IMG/VR virus record: IMGVR_UViG_3300045000_000090
Location: 1-42,953 of that record
Reading direction: 5' to 3' (one strand)
DNA from: a virus
Taxonomy: Duplodnaviria; Caudoviricetes
Length of the DNA stretch: 42,953 nt
A model generated the notes under the pieces. It saw only the letters and a program-made list of their open reading frames with translations. It did not search any database and had not been told where the DNA came from. Position numbers and translations under genes: made by a program. Shown here one piece after another: positions 7,989 through 17,038 of this stretch (its first letter is position 1; every line of letters begins with the position of its first letter).

Positions 7989-9484
7989 GGCCCTGGCTGG
8001 TGCCCGCCCGCCGCGCCACCGAGGCGGTCCGGGCGACAGAGGCGACCCCGGAGCAGATGGTCGCCACCGGCGCGCTCGTTGGTGGGTATGGCCGTGACCC
8101 GGTTGATGGGGACACCGGGTACAAGCCGGCCGGCCTCGCCGGGCGGAAGGTGCCGTACTGGACCGCTGAGAAGGCGCGCACGGCGTCGGTCGCCTCCTAC
8201 CGGTCCAACCCCATGGCCCGCGCCATCATCGACACCTACACGTCGTTCTGTGTCGGCGACAAGGGCTTGTCGTTGCAGTGCACCAACCCGCAGGTGCGGG
8301 TCATCGCCGAGGAGTTCTGGACCGATCCCCGTAACCGGCTCGGCCAGATCCAGGACCTGATGTTGCGTGACCAGATGGTCATGGGTGAGCAGGTCCTCGA
8401 ACTGATGACCGGCCCGGTCACCGGTGTGACCCGGTTCTCGCCGATCGACCCGCAGTCGCTGTCTCACGTCACGCTGCTCAACAACAATCCGATGTGGCCG
8501 GAGAAGTTGTGGATCCGCTCCAATGTCGACGGCATGCAGGCGTACGGCGGCCGGCCGCTGACAGTAGCGCAGGTCGACGACCTGACCGGGTTGCGTGACG
8601 GCGAGGCGATTTTCTGGGCGCCGTGGCGCACGCTGTTGACAGACACCCGCGGCGAGCCGTTCCTCACCCAGATCCTGGACTGGCTCGACTCGTACGACAC
8701 CGTCTTGTCCAACCTGATCGACCGGACCGCGCTGGCCCGCTACATGGTGTGGGACGTCACCGTCACGGGCTCACAGACCGATGTGGACAACTTTGTGCAG
8801 AGGCGCGGTGGCCTGCACGTGCCGCCGTCCGGGTCGGTCGAGGTCCACAACGAGGGCGTCAAGTGGGAGTCGAAGACGGCGCAGACCGGCGCGTATGAGG
8901 ACGCCACGGCGAACAAGAACGTGTTGACGAACATCGCCGCCGGCACTGGCCTGGCCAAGCACTGGCTGGCCGAGCCGGACCAGACGAACCGGGCGACCGG
9001 GCAGACGATGCAGGAGCCGGTACGCCGCCGGATCGGTGGGGTGCAGAAGACCTGGTTGGACCAGCAAACCGACTTCGTGCGGTTCGCGGTTGACCGGGCG
9101 GTCGCCGCCGGCCGGCTACAGCGCACCGTCACCGCCGTTGACCCGCAGACCGGCGACGAGTACGAGATCCCGGCGTCGCAGGCCGTGACGGTCACCGGGC
9201 CGGAGATCGCCGCCGCTGACGCCCAGGTCAACGCGGAGGTGCTACTGAACTTGTCCACCGGGCTGATGCAGCTGGTGGAGGGCGGCGTGCTGTCCGCCCC
9301 GGCCGCCCAGGTGGCCGCCCGCAAGGCGTGGGAGGACTTCGTGGGTGTGCCCTACGTGGCGTCCCTGGATTCCCCGCAGACGAACCCGGACGACATCGCC
9401 ACTCACATCGATGACCAGGGCGGCAAGGTGCGCAAGTTGCAGCCGCGCATCCCGCCGCCCCTGAACGTTTCACGCGCCCAGTAG
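7985..9484 (+). CDS. Portal protein
   Basis: 499 aa between TerL and the capsid gene; NPMARAIIDTYTSF..G.G, GEPFL..ILDWLD.YD and NRAT motifs. Confidence 0.85.
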   Translation: MRPWLVPARRATEAVRATEATPEQMVATGALVGGYGRDPVDGDTGYKPAGLAGRKVPYWTAEKARTASVASYRSNPMARAIIDTYTSFCVGDKGLSLQCTNPQVRVIAEEFWTDPRNRLGQIQDLMLRDQMVMGEQVLELMTGPVTGVTRFSPIDPQSLSHVTLLNNNPMWPEKLWIRSNVDGMQAYGGRPLTVAQVDDLTGLRDGEAIFWAPWRTLLTDTRGEPFLTQILDWLDSYDTVLSNLIDRTALARYMVWDVTVTGSQTDVDNFVQRRGGLHVPPSGSVEVHNEGVKWESKTAQTGAYEDATANKNVLTNIAAGTGLAKHWLAEPDQTNRATGQTMQEPVRRRIGGVQKTWLDQQTDFVRFAVDRAVAAGRLQRTVTAVDPQTGDEYEIPASQAVTVTGPEIAAADAQVNAEVLLNLSTGLMQLVEGGVLSAPAAQVAARKAWEDFVGVPYVASLDSPQTNPDDIATHIDDQGGKVRKLQPRIPPPLNVSRAQ

Positions 9485-9491
9485 GAGCCCG

Positions 9492-9893
9492 ATGGACAAG
9501 CATGAGGCCGCGCGCCTGCTCGGCGTCGCGGAACACGAAATCCTTTCAGTCCGCCACGACGCCGAGGGCTGGTGGGCGCATCACGAGGACATGGCCAGCC
9601 ACGTACGTACGTGGCGCCACATCCCCGGCTGGCAGGTCGCCAGCGAAACGGCCTCGCCTCCCGAGGAACCGGCCTCGCCGCCCGAAGAGGAAGCGACTGG
9701 CCCGGCCGTCGATGTGGACGGTGACGGCGTGCCCGACGGCACCGCCTCGCAGGTCCTGGAGTGGGTCGGCGACGACCCGGCCCGCGCCGCCCTGGCCCTG
9801 GCCGCCGAGGCCGCCCGCGACAAGCCCCGCATCTTGCTGAGCGCCGCGCTGGAAAAGCTGGCGGGAGGTACGAATGCCAACCCGGACAGCTGA
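9492..9893 (+). CDS. Hypothetical protein with GT..QVLEWVGDDP.RA..AL..E...PR motif
   Basis: AGGAG RBS; C-terminal helical motif common in actinophage head regions. Confidence 0.75.
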   Translation: MDKHEAARLLGVAEHEILSVRHDAEGWWAHHEDMASHVRTWRHIPGWQVASETASPPEEPASPPEEEATGPAVDVDGDGVPDGTASQVLEWVGDDPARAALALAAEAARDKPRILLSAALEKLAGGTNANPDS

Positions 9894-12501
9894 GGCCGCG
9901 GCGGCGCCGGCGTACGGCGACGTCGAGTACGCCGACACGGGCCTGCGCAAGGACGGCAAGAAGCGGTACCCGATCGACACCAAGGCGCACGCGAGGTCCG
10001 CGTGGAGCTACATCAACCAGGCCGACAACGCCGCCGAGTACACGGCGACGCAACTCAAGACCGTCAAGAACAAGATCAAGGCGGCGTTGAAGAAGTTCGG
10101 GGTGACCGTGTCCGAGTCCACAAAGGAAGCCGTCATCGACGGCAAGCGCACCTTCGATGAGATCCGCGACCTGGTCCGCGACGCGTTGACCGACAGGCTC
10201 AAGGAGAGCAGCGGCGCCTTCTACGTGTACGTGTACGTCGCGGACCTGACCGACACCGATGTGATCTACACGTGCTCGGATGAAGACGACCTGATGCAGT
10301 GCTCCTATGCGGTCGGCGACGACGAGTCGGTGACCCTCGGCGAACCGATCCAGGTGGTGCGTACCTACGCGCCGGCCGCGACGACCCGCAATGCCCCGCC
10401 CGAGGACGACCCTGCCGGGCAGGCCATGGAGTCGGTGCGGGTTGCCGGGCGGGTCGTTGAGGCGAAGGGCACCGACGAGGCCGGGGGCCGGGTGTTCCGG
10501 GTTCGGATCATCGCCTACGGGGACTCCAAGAATGGGCGCCGCTACCCCGAGGACGTCATGCGGGAAGCCGTCAGCCTCTACGAGGGGGCGAAGGCGTACG
10601 ACCATCACCGCACCCTCGAAGAGCTGCAGTCCTCGACCCTGACCGGGCTGGTCGGCTACTACCGCGACGTGGCTGCCGAAGCCGACGGCGTGTACGGGGA
10701 TCTGCACCTGCTGCCGTCGGCGACGCACGCCGCCGAGGCCCTCGACGCGTCCCTGGCCACCCAGGACGCCGACCTTCCGCCCGTCGTCGGGATCTCCCAC
10801 GACGTGCAATGCCATTTCCGTCCCATCGTGTCGGCTGGCCGGCGGCTGCAAGAAGCCGTACAGGTCGTGTCCGTCGACTCGGCGGACATCGTCGCCAAGC
10901 CCAGCGCCGGGGGCAAAGCGGTCCGTGCTGTAGCCGGCGGCCCCACCATCGAAGAGGAGTCAGACGTGCCCACAACGGCCGACGTCTTGGCCGCGTTCAA
11001 GGAAGCAACGGATGCGGACCTCGCCGCCGTTGGCCTCGCGCGGGCGACCAAGACCACGGAGAGCACCAAGCCGACGACCACCCTGCAGCGGGCCACCGAG
11101 GGCCCCGAGTCGGGCCGGGAAGCGGAGCAGCCCAAGACGTCGTTCCTGGGCAAGCTGATGGTTTCGCAGAAGGTCGCCGACGCCGGCCTGCCGGTCGCGG
11201 TGGCCGAGTCGCTGCTGGCCGAACTGCCCGACCGGATCACCGAGTCCGATGTGGACGCCCGCGTTGCCTCCCTCAAGTCGGCCCTGGGCATCCTGGAGCG
11301 GCCCGGCCTGATCCCGACCGTCACCGCCACGGTGGCCACGGAGTCCCACGAGAAGAAGATCAAGGCGCTCGACGACTTCTTCTCCGGGAACTTCCGTGAG
11401 GGCTACCGCTCGTTCCGGCAGGCGTTCGTCGACTTCACCGGCCACGGTCCCCGCACCTGGGATGAGGATTTCAACAAGACGATGATGCGGGAGTGCGTGT
11501 CGGCGTACGACTCGGACGGCCGCATCCGGCGCAGCACCGAAGGCGTGATCGAGCGCACCACGGAGTCGCTGTCCGCGTCGAGCTGGAACCTGGTGTTGGG
11601 TGACTCGATCACCCGCCGCCTGGTCGCCGAGTACAACCAGCCGAACCTGATGACGTGGCGGGAGATCGTCTCCAGCATCGTGCCGGTCAATGACTTCCGC
11701 ACCCAGCGGATCGACCGCATCGGCGGCTACGGGGTGCTTCCTGTCGTCGCCCAGGGCGCCCCGTACCAGCCGCTGACGTCGCCGACCAACGAGGAAGCGA
11801 CCTACGCGATTACCAAGAAGGGTGGGACCGAGGACATCACGTTGGAGATGATCGCCAACGACGATGTGCGGGCGATCTCCCGGATCCCCACCAAGCTGGG
11901 CCTGGCCGCCGCGCAGACGCTGTACCGGTTTGTGTGGGACTTCCTCAACGCCAACGCCGCGATCTACGACACCGTGGCCCTGTTCCACGCCGGCTCGCAC
12001 CTCAACGACGGCGGCGCGGGCCGGGTCCTGACCCAGTCCGGCCTGTCGGCCGCGCGCGCCGCGCTGCGCACCCAGGCCGCGTTCGGGGACACCAAGGACA
12101 TCCTGTCGATCGTGCCCCGCATCCTCGTCGTGCCCACGGCGCTGGAGGAGATCGCGTACCAGCTGTGCACCAGCGCCGTGGCGATTCCGGGCACCGTCAA
12201 CACCGGCAACGCGGCGGCTGCGGCGGCGAACACGCCGAACATCCACCAGGGTCTGATGCCCATCGTCGTTGACTACTTCAACGCCACGTCGGCGGTCGGC
12301 TGGTATGTGGTCGCGGATCCGGCCATGTGCCCGACCGTCGAGGTCGGTTTCTACCAGGGCCGCGAGGACCCGGAGCTGTTCACCCAGTCGGACCCGACGG
12401 TCGGTTCGGTCTTCAACTCGGACACCGTGACGTACAAGATCCGGCACATCTACAGCGGCGCCATCCTCGACTGGCGCGGCTTCCAGCGGGCCGGTATCTG
12501 A
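9874..12501 (+). CDS. Head polyprotein: DUF6582-like N-terminal domain, prohead protease, scaffold and major capsid protein (Mu gpT-like, HK97 fold)
   Basis: N-terminal YGDVEYAD...KKRYPIDT..H.RSAWSY; protease-like II.YG.SKNGRRYP...AYDHH...GISHD...SADIV.KPSAGG; capsid-like LVVP.ALE...GFYQG...YKIRHIY...DWRG. Confidence 0.9.
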   Translation: MPTRTAEAAAAPAYGDVEYADTGLRKDGKKRYPIDTKAHARSAWSYINQADNAAEYTATQLKTVKNKIKAALKKFGVTVSESTKEAVIDGKRTFDEIRDLVRDALTDRLKESSGAFYVYVYVADLTDTDVIYTCSDEDDLMQCSYAVGDDESVTLGEPIQVVRTYAPAATTRNAPPEDDPAGQAMESVRVAGRVVEAKGTDEAGGRVFRVRIIAYGDSKNGRRYPEDVMREAVSLYEGAKAYDHHRTLEELQSSTLTGLVGYYRDVAAEADGVYGDLHLLPSATHAAEALDASLATQDADLPPVVGISHDVQCHFRPIVSAGRRLQEAVQVVSVDSADIVAKPSAGGKAVRAVAGGPTIEEESDVPTTADVLAAFKEATDADLAAVGLARATKTTESTKPTTTLQRATEGPESGREAEQPKTSFLGKLMVSQKVADAGLPVAVAESLLAELPDRITESDVDARVASLKSALGILERPGLIPTVTATVATESHEKKIKALDDFFSGNFREGYRSFRQAFVDFTGHGPRTWDEDFNKTMMRECVSAYDSDGRIRRSTEGVIERTTESLSASSWNLVLGDSITRRLVAEYNQPNLMTWREIVSSIVPVNDFRTQRIDRIGGYGVLPVVAQGAPYQPLTSPTNEEATYAITKKGGTEDITLEMIANDDVRAISRIPTKLGLAAAQTLYRFVWDFLNANAAIYDTVALFHAGSHLNDGGAGRVLTQSGLSAARAALRTQAAFGDTKDILSIVPRILVVPTALEEIAYQLCTSAVAIPGTVNTGNAAAAAANTPNIHQGLMPIVVDYFNATSAVGWYVVADPAMCPTVEVGFYQGREDPELFTQSDPTVGSVFNSDTVTYKIRHIYSGAILDWRGFQRAGI

Positions 12502-12537
12502 GCCAGCGCCCTCAACGGCTCGAATAGGAGAAACCTG

Positions 12538-12945
12538 ATGCAGTTCAAGGAACTCGGCGGCGACTGGAACTTCCACATCGCGGCCTACGCCATGGCCGGT
12601 GCGACGACCAGCCGTGAGGACGTCGCGCTGCGCGTCCCCTACAACATGACCATCACCGGTGTGGACTGGGTGCCGCAGGCGGCGGTGACCGCGAACGGCA
12701 CCAACTTCTCCACCCTGTCGCTGCGCAACCGTGGTGCGGCGGCTGCCGGCGCCGCGCTGCCGGCGACCCGGTCCTACGCGGCCACCAACTCGGTGGCGTT
12801 CGTGCCGGAGGCGATGACGCTGTCCGGTACGGCCGCTGACCTTCTGCTCACCGCCGGGGACATTCTCACCGTCCAGATGATCTTCACGGCGGCCGGTCTG
12901 GTCATCCCCGCCGGCACCCTGCGGCTGACCGCCCGGATCCGGTAG
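12538..12945 (+). CDS. Virion structural protein (possible head decoration)
   Basis: AGGAG RBS; Ala/Thr-rich and beta-strand-like; directly follows the capsid gene. Confidence 0.7.
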   Translation: MQFKELGGDWNFHIAAYAMAGATTSREDVALRVPYNMTITGVDWVPQAAVTANGTNFSTLSLRNRGAAAAGAALPATRSYAATNSVAFVPEAMTLSGTAADLLLTAGDILTVQMIFTAAGLVIPAGTLRLTARIR

Positions 12946-13217
12946 TGACCGCACAGGGCACCCCGATCAACGTCGCGGGGACCGGTGGCCTGGCCGTCAC
13001 TGGTCCCTGCACCTACCGGGGGTTCTCGATCTCCAGCGTCGCCGGAGCGGACGTGGTGATCTACGACAACACATCCGGTGCCGGCCTGGTGCTGGCGGCG
13101 TTCACCCTGGGCGCGAAGGGCTGGTCAGCTGACGACATCACCGATGGAGTTCGCTGCCTCAACGGGATCTTCCTCACCGCCACCGCGGCGATCACGGGCC
13201 ACGTCAGGATCGGCTGA
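12945..13217 (+). CDS. Small virion protein
   Basis: TAGTG overlap; IYDNT...G motif. Confidence 0.7.
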   Translation: MTAQGTPINVAGTGGLAVTGPCTYRGFSISSVAGADVVIYDNTSGAGLVLAAFTLGAKGWSADDITDGVRCLNGIFLTATAAITGHVRIG

Positions 13218-13220
13218 CCG

Positions 13221-14216
13221 ATGCCGACCGGCACGGTGACGAGGGTGGCCAGGTCCGCCCCGGCCACCCTCACCCACACCTTCGTGGTCGGCGAGACCCC
13301 GACGGACGCGGCCGGGTCGGTGACGGTGGCCATCACCGATGCCGGCGGCAACGCGGTGGCGTCCGGCACCGCCGCGCACGGCACGGCCGGGGTGTACACG
13401 TACGCGATGGCCGGGCAGGCGGCGCTGGCCCGCTACACGGTGACGTGGACGGGAACGTTCTCCGGCTCCGCCCTGACCGAGACCGACTATGTGGAAATCG
13501 TCGGCGGGTTCTTCTTCAACCTCGCCGACGCCCGCGCCAGCGACCCGTCGCTGGCCGACGACGCGAGGTACCCGACGGCAGCGCTCGCCTCATCCCGCCA
13601 AGAGGTCGAGGACGAGTGCGAGATGATCTGCGACAGGTCTTTCGTGCCCCGCTACCACCGGGCTGTCCTGGACGGCTCCGGCTCCCCGGATCTGCTGCTG
13701 ACCGACTACGCCTGGGCGGCGGATGGCCGCTCGGTCGCCGACGTGCGCACTATCCGGTCGGCGACCATGGCCCCGAAGGTGGGGCAGGCGTTCGTCGCCC
13801 TCACCGCCGGGCAGCTGGCCAGCCTCACGGTGACCGCCGACGGGATGCTGCGGCGTGTCGACGGCAACATCTGGACCGAGGGTGTCCAAAACATCATCGT
13901 CGAGCTTGAGTACGGCTTGGACTCGCCGCCCTCCGAACTGGTCCGCGCCGCCATGGTGCGGCTACGCAGCCGGCTCGCGATCCCCATGTCGGGCATCCCG
14001 GACCGGGCTACCTCGTTCACGTCGGCGGTCGACGGCGGCACCTACCGGCTAGACCTGCCCGGCCCGTTCAAGACCGGCCTGCCCGAGGTCGACGGCGTCT
14101 ACTCCCGGTACTCCCGGCGCTCCGGCGCCGGCACCGGCACGGGTCGCATGCTGGCCGCCTCGCGGACCCTGTCCTACGACGTGCAAACCAACTCCCTGTT
14201 CCACCAGCGGCTCTGA
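13221..14216 (+). CDS. Head-to-tail adaptor/connector with N-terminal beta domain
   Basis: E.E.ICDR.FVPR, LDGSG and YG...PP..L.RAA motifs; genomic position. Confidence 0.7.
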   Translation: MPTGTVTRVARSAPATLTHTFVVGETPTDAAGSVTVAITDAGGNAVASGTAAHGTAGVYTYAMAGQAALARYTVTWTGTFSGSALTETDYVEIVGGFFFNLADARASDPSLADDARYPTAALASSRQEVEDECEMICDRSFVPRYHRAVLDGSGSPDLLLTDYAWAADGRSVADVRTIRSATMAPKVGQAFVALTAGQLASLTVTADGMLRRVDGNIWTEGVQNIIVELEYGLDSPPSELVRAAMVRLRSRLAIPMSGIPDRATSFTSAVDGGTYRLDLPGPFKTGLPEVDGVYSRYSRRSGAGTGTGRMLAASRTLSYDVQTNSLFHQRL

Positions 14217-14217
14217 G

Positions 14218-14382
14218 ATGGTGCTGTCCGTCGGGCCCATCGACGTCGCCTGGACCACCACGGCACCCGACGTCGCCTGGCTGCCCCAGCTTCCCGACAC
14301 ACCGTGGACCGCCGCTGGCCCCGGGACTGGGTGGGACGCGCGGTACCCGGACGCCGGCTGGACCGACACGGCTCCACAGTAG
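14218..14382 (+). CDS. 54-aa peptide with five 9-aa Trp-periodic repeats (not in ORF track)
   Basis: ATG 1 nt after the upstream TGA; W at residues 12, 21, 30, 39 and 48; TAG just before the next gene's AAGGAG RBS. Confidence 0.65.
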   Translation: MVLSVGPIDVAWTTTAPDVAWLPQLPDTPWTAAGPGTGWDARYPDAGWTDTAPQ

Positions 14383-14388
14383 AAGGAG

Positions 14389-14736
14389 GTGCCGGTCCAC
14401 GTGGTGTCATCGTCACCGACCGCGATATCCGCCTCGGCCCTGATATACGTGCGCGTCAAGGTCGCGGCCAAACTCAACGGTGCCAGCGTCAACCCGACCG
14501 CCGACACGGTCACGATGGCGTTCATGTCCGGCTCGGCCACCCCGACGTCCGGGGATTGGAAGACGGCCAGCTGGGACACCGACCCGACGACGAGCCCCCC
14601 GACCTACCGGGCGCGGTGCCTGGTCGGCCCCGCCGGCACGGTCACCCTCACCCCTGGCCTGTGGAACGTGTGGGTGAAGGTCGTAGACAGCCCCGAAGTT
14701 CCGGTCCTGCACGGCGGCCCCCTAAAGGTGGTCTGA
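14389..14736 (+). CDS. Virion protein, Ig-like/BppU-like
   Basis: A.CLVGP.G...L.PG.W.VWVKV.D.PE.P motif; AAGGAG RBS. Confidence 0.7.
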   Translation: MPVHVVSSSPTAISASALIYVRVKVAAKLNGASVNPTADTVTMAFMSGSATPTSGDWKTASWDTDPTTSPPTYRARCLVGPAGTVTLTPGLWNVWVKVVDSPEVPVLHGGPLKVV

Positions 14737-14737
14737 G

Positions 14738-15175
14738 ATGGCCGGAACGAACGCGCAGCCGGCGAAGAAGGCACTGTTCGAACTGCTCACCGCCGAGCTG
14801 GGCGGGATCCGGGTCGACTACGCCTACGACGGGAAACGCGCCGAACGGGAGTACGTCTACCTCGGCCGGGTCGTCGGCACACAGCGGCTGGAAACGTTCA
14901 AGGGCGGCCTCGGCAACCGGCCCACCCGCGATGAGGACCTGCTCCTCAACCTCCACATCCGGGTAACCGGGCCCGGCCAGCAGGTCGCCGACACCGACGC
15001 CCGCGCGACCGAGATCGGCACCGTCATTGAGGAGTTGCTGGCCGGCGAGCAGCTGCAGACCCCCGGCCTGCTCTACGCCGGGATCGCCGAGCTTGAGCTG
15101 GACCCCGGCAACTCGGACGAGGCCGCCACCAGCACGCTGCTGTATCGGGTCGCGCTCGAATCCACTCTGGACTGA
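14738..15175 (+). CDS. Probable tail terminator
   Basis: 145 aa, acidic, located before the tail-tube genes. Confidence 0.6.
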   Translation: MAGTNAQPAKKALFELLTAELGGIRVDYAYDGKRAEREYVYLGRVVGTQRLETFKGGLGNRPTRDEDLLLNLHIRVTGPGQQVADTDARATEIGTVIEELLAGEQLQTPGLLYAGIAELELDPGNSDEAATSTLLYRVALESTLD

Positions 15176-15189
15176 GGAAGGACTTCGTC

Positions 15190-15369
15190 GTGGCCAAGCA
15201 GAAATGGCGGGTGCTGGTCGGCATGAACTATCCGCCGAACGGTCGGGCGGGCACGGAACGCCGCGTCGAGCCGGGCGAGGTCGTCGACGACCTGCCGGCC
15301 GCGGCCGTGGCGGGCCTGGCGGAGCAGGGCGTCATCGAACCGGCCGAGCCGGCCGAGCCGAAGGAGTAG
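15190..15369 (+). CDS. 59-aa hypothetical protein (not in ORF track)
   Basis: GGAAGGA RBS and GTG start; W.VLVG.NYP...R.EPGEVVDDLP...L..QG.IE. Confidence 0.65.
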   Translation: MAKQKWRVLVGMNYPPNGRAGTERRVEPGEVVDDLPAAAVAGLAEQGVIEPAEPAEPKE

Positions 15370-15372
15370 CAC

Positions 15373-16083
15373 GTGCCTCGCGCGCATTCGATGAACAGCC
15401 GGGTGTTCGCCAACGAACGCCACCTGTCCGGGTTCATCTCCGGCTACACGCTGACCCACCAGCGGGCCTACGGGGACGTCACCACGATCGTGGACACCGG
15501 CGAGCGGTGGCTACCGGGCCTGCTCGGTGGCGCCCTGGCCCTGACCGGCCCGTTCGACTCGGACCCGACGGGCCTGTACGCGGAGGCGTTGTCGTCGGCC
15601 GGCCTCGATGACGGCCTGCTGGTTACCGCGATGCCGGACGCGTTCACGGTTGGCCAGCCGGCGTTCATCTCGATCGCCGACATCGAGTCGATCACTGTGG
15701 ACGCGAAGGTCACCGACCCGGTGGGGCTGATGATCAGCGCCAAACCCGACTCGGGGGTGGACTGGGGCCTGTCGTTGCACACCTTCCAGGCCGAGACCGT
15801 TGACGGGAACTCCACCGGCGTGGACAACCTGGCGTCGAGTGCCGGCGGGGCAGTCGCGTCCCTGCATGTGACCGCCTACTCGGGTTTTACGAACGTGGTG
15901 TTCAAGGTGCAGCACAGTGTCGACAACTCGGTGTGGACGGACCTGATCACGTTCACCACGATCACGGCGGTCGGCGCCGAACTCAAACGCTTCACCGGCA
16001 CCGTGAACCGGTATCTGCGCGGCTTCTGGGACGTCACCGGATCCGGCTCGGTCACCTTCGCCATCGCGGCCGCCCGCCGCTAA
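15373..16083 (+). CDS. Tail tube-like protein A with C-terminal accessory beta domain
   Basis: N-terminal ~125 aa align by eye with 16150..16578 (LS..I, DVT...D.GER..PGL, G.FD, VDAKVTD.V). Confidence 0.7.
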   Translation: MPRAHSMNSRVFANERHLSGFISGYTLTHQRAYGDVTTIVDTGERWLPGLLGGALALTGPFDSDPTGLYAEALSSAGLDDGLLVTAMPDAFTVGQPAFISIADIESITVDAKVTDPVGLMISAKPDSGVDWGLSLHTFQAETVDGNSTGVDNLASSAGGAVASLHVTAYSGFTNVVFKVQHSVDNSVWTDLITFTTITAVGAELKRFTGTVNRYLRGFWDVTGSGSVTFAIAAARR

Positions 16084-16104
16084 ACCTCAGCCCGCCTCAC
16101 CACC

Positions 16105-16128
16105 TGACCCGGCCTGCCAGCCGGGTCA
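16105..16128 (+). terminator. Hairpin TGACCCGGC-N6-GCCGGGTCA between the tail-tube paralogs
   Basis: 9-bp perfect intergenic stem with no U tract. Confidence 0.35.
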
Positions 16129-16149
16129 TCGTCATGCCCGGAGGAACCC

Positions 16150-16578
16150 ATGGCCCGTACCCACGGCAAGGACGCGGTCTTTTCCATCAAAGACAGCGGC
16201 GCCACCCTACGAAACCTGTCCGCGTACATCGACAGCGTGGCCGGCCTGCCCGGCGCCCGCGCCCTGTCCGACGTCACCGGGTTCACCGACCAGGGCGAGC
16301 GGTCCATCCCCGGCCTGCAGAGCGCCGCCATCACCGTGTCCGGCTCGTTCGACAGCACGGCCGTCACCGGCCCGAACGTGGTCTTCAACGGCCTACGGAA
16401 CGCTGTGGCGACGTCGACGTTCGAGTACGGGCCGGAAGGATCGGCGGCGGGGAAGGTGAAGTTCACCGGCGAATGCTGGCTGGAGACCTACACGGTCGAC
16501 GCGAAGGTCACCGACAAGGTGCCGTTCCAGGCGACCCTGAAACTCGACGGTGTGGTCACGACCACCGTCTACCCGTAA
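16150..16578 (+). CDS. Major tail (tube) protein B
   Basis: GGAGGA RBS; DVT.F...PGL...TVSG.FD and FEYGPEG...G.VKFTGEC motifs. Confidence 0.8.
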   Translation: MARTHGKDAVFSIKDSGATLRNLSAYIDSVAGLPGARALSDVTGFTDQGERSIPGLQSAAITVSGSFDSTAVTGPNVVFNGLRNAVATSTFEYGPEGSAAGKVKFTGECWLETYTVDAKVTDKVPFQATLKLDGVVTTTVYP

Positions 16579-17030
16579 TGCCGGTCACCGGCGGGGTGGA
16601 GCTGCGGGCCCTGGCGGCCCGGTTGCACGCCGCGGACAAGGCGCTGATACCGCAGCTGCGCAAGGAAATCAAAGCCGCGGTCGACCCGATCCCGACGGCG
16701 ATCCGCGCCGAGATCCCGCGCACGATGCCCAGCGGCTACGCCCCGGTGCTGTCCCGATCGCTGCGCACCCGCATATCGACGCGGGTCACGGCCGGGGACA
16801 TCAAGGTGACTCTGACGGCGTACGCGGACGGCAAGACGAAACGCCGCGAGGTGGGTCCGCTAAACCGTGGGGTGCTGCGGCACACCCGCTGGGGCGACCG
16901 CCGGCACTGGTACGCGCAGGCGGTCCAGGCCGGGTTCTGGTCGCGGCCTATCGAGGCCGGCCTGGATGACGTGAAGGCCGCCGCCGCCCGCGCCCTGGAG
17001 AAAATCGCGAACATCGCAGCAGGAGGCTGA
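16578..17030 (+). CDS. Tail completion/neck protein (HK97 gp10-like)
   Basis: TAATG overlap; basic protein with LRH..WG.R..WY.Q....GFW motif. Confidence 0.65.
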   Translation: MPVTGGVELRALAARLHAADKALIPQLRKEIKAAVDPIPTAIRAEIPRTMPSGYAPVLSRSLRTRISTRVTAGDIKVTLTAYADGKTKRREVGPLNRGVLRHTRWGDRRHWYAQAVQAGFWSRPIEAGLDDVKAAAARALEKIANIAAGG

Positions 17031-17038
17031 CCCCGCCA

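Noticed and set aside
9645-9690. Imperfect 21-bp tandem repeat (ETASPPE/EPASPPE)
   Set aside because: Two-copy low-complexity linker duplication; not a CRISPR or other array.
9403-12954. Long minus-strand ORFs 9403..10851 and 10960..12954
   Set aside because: Antisense shadows of high-GC3 head genes, with no recognisable motifs or RBS.
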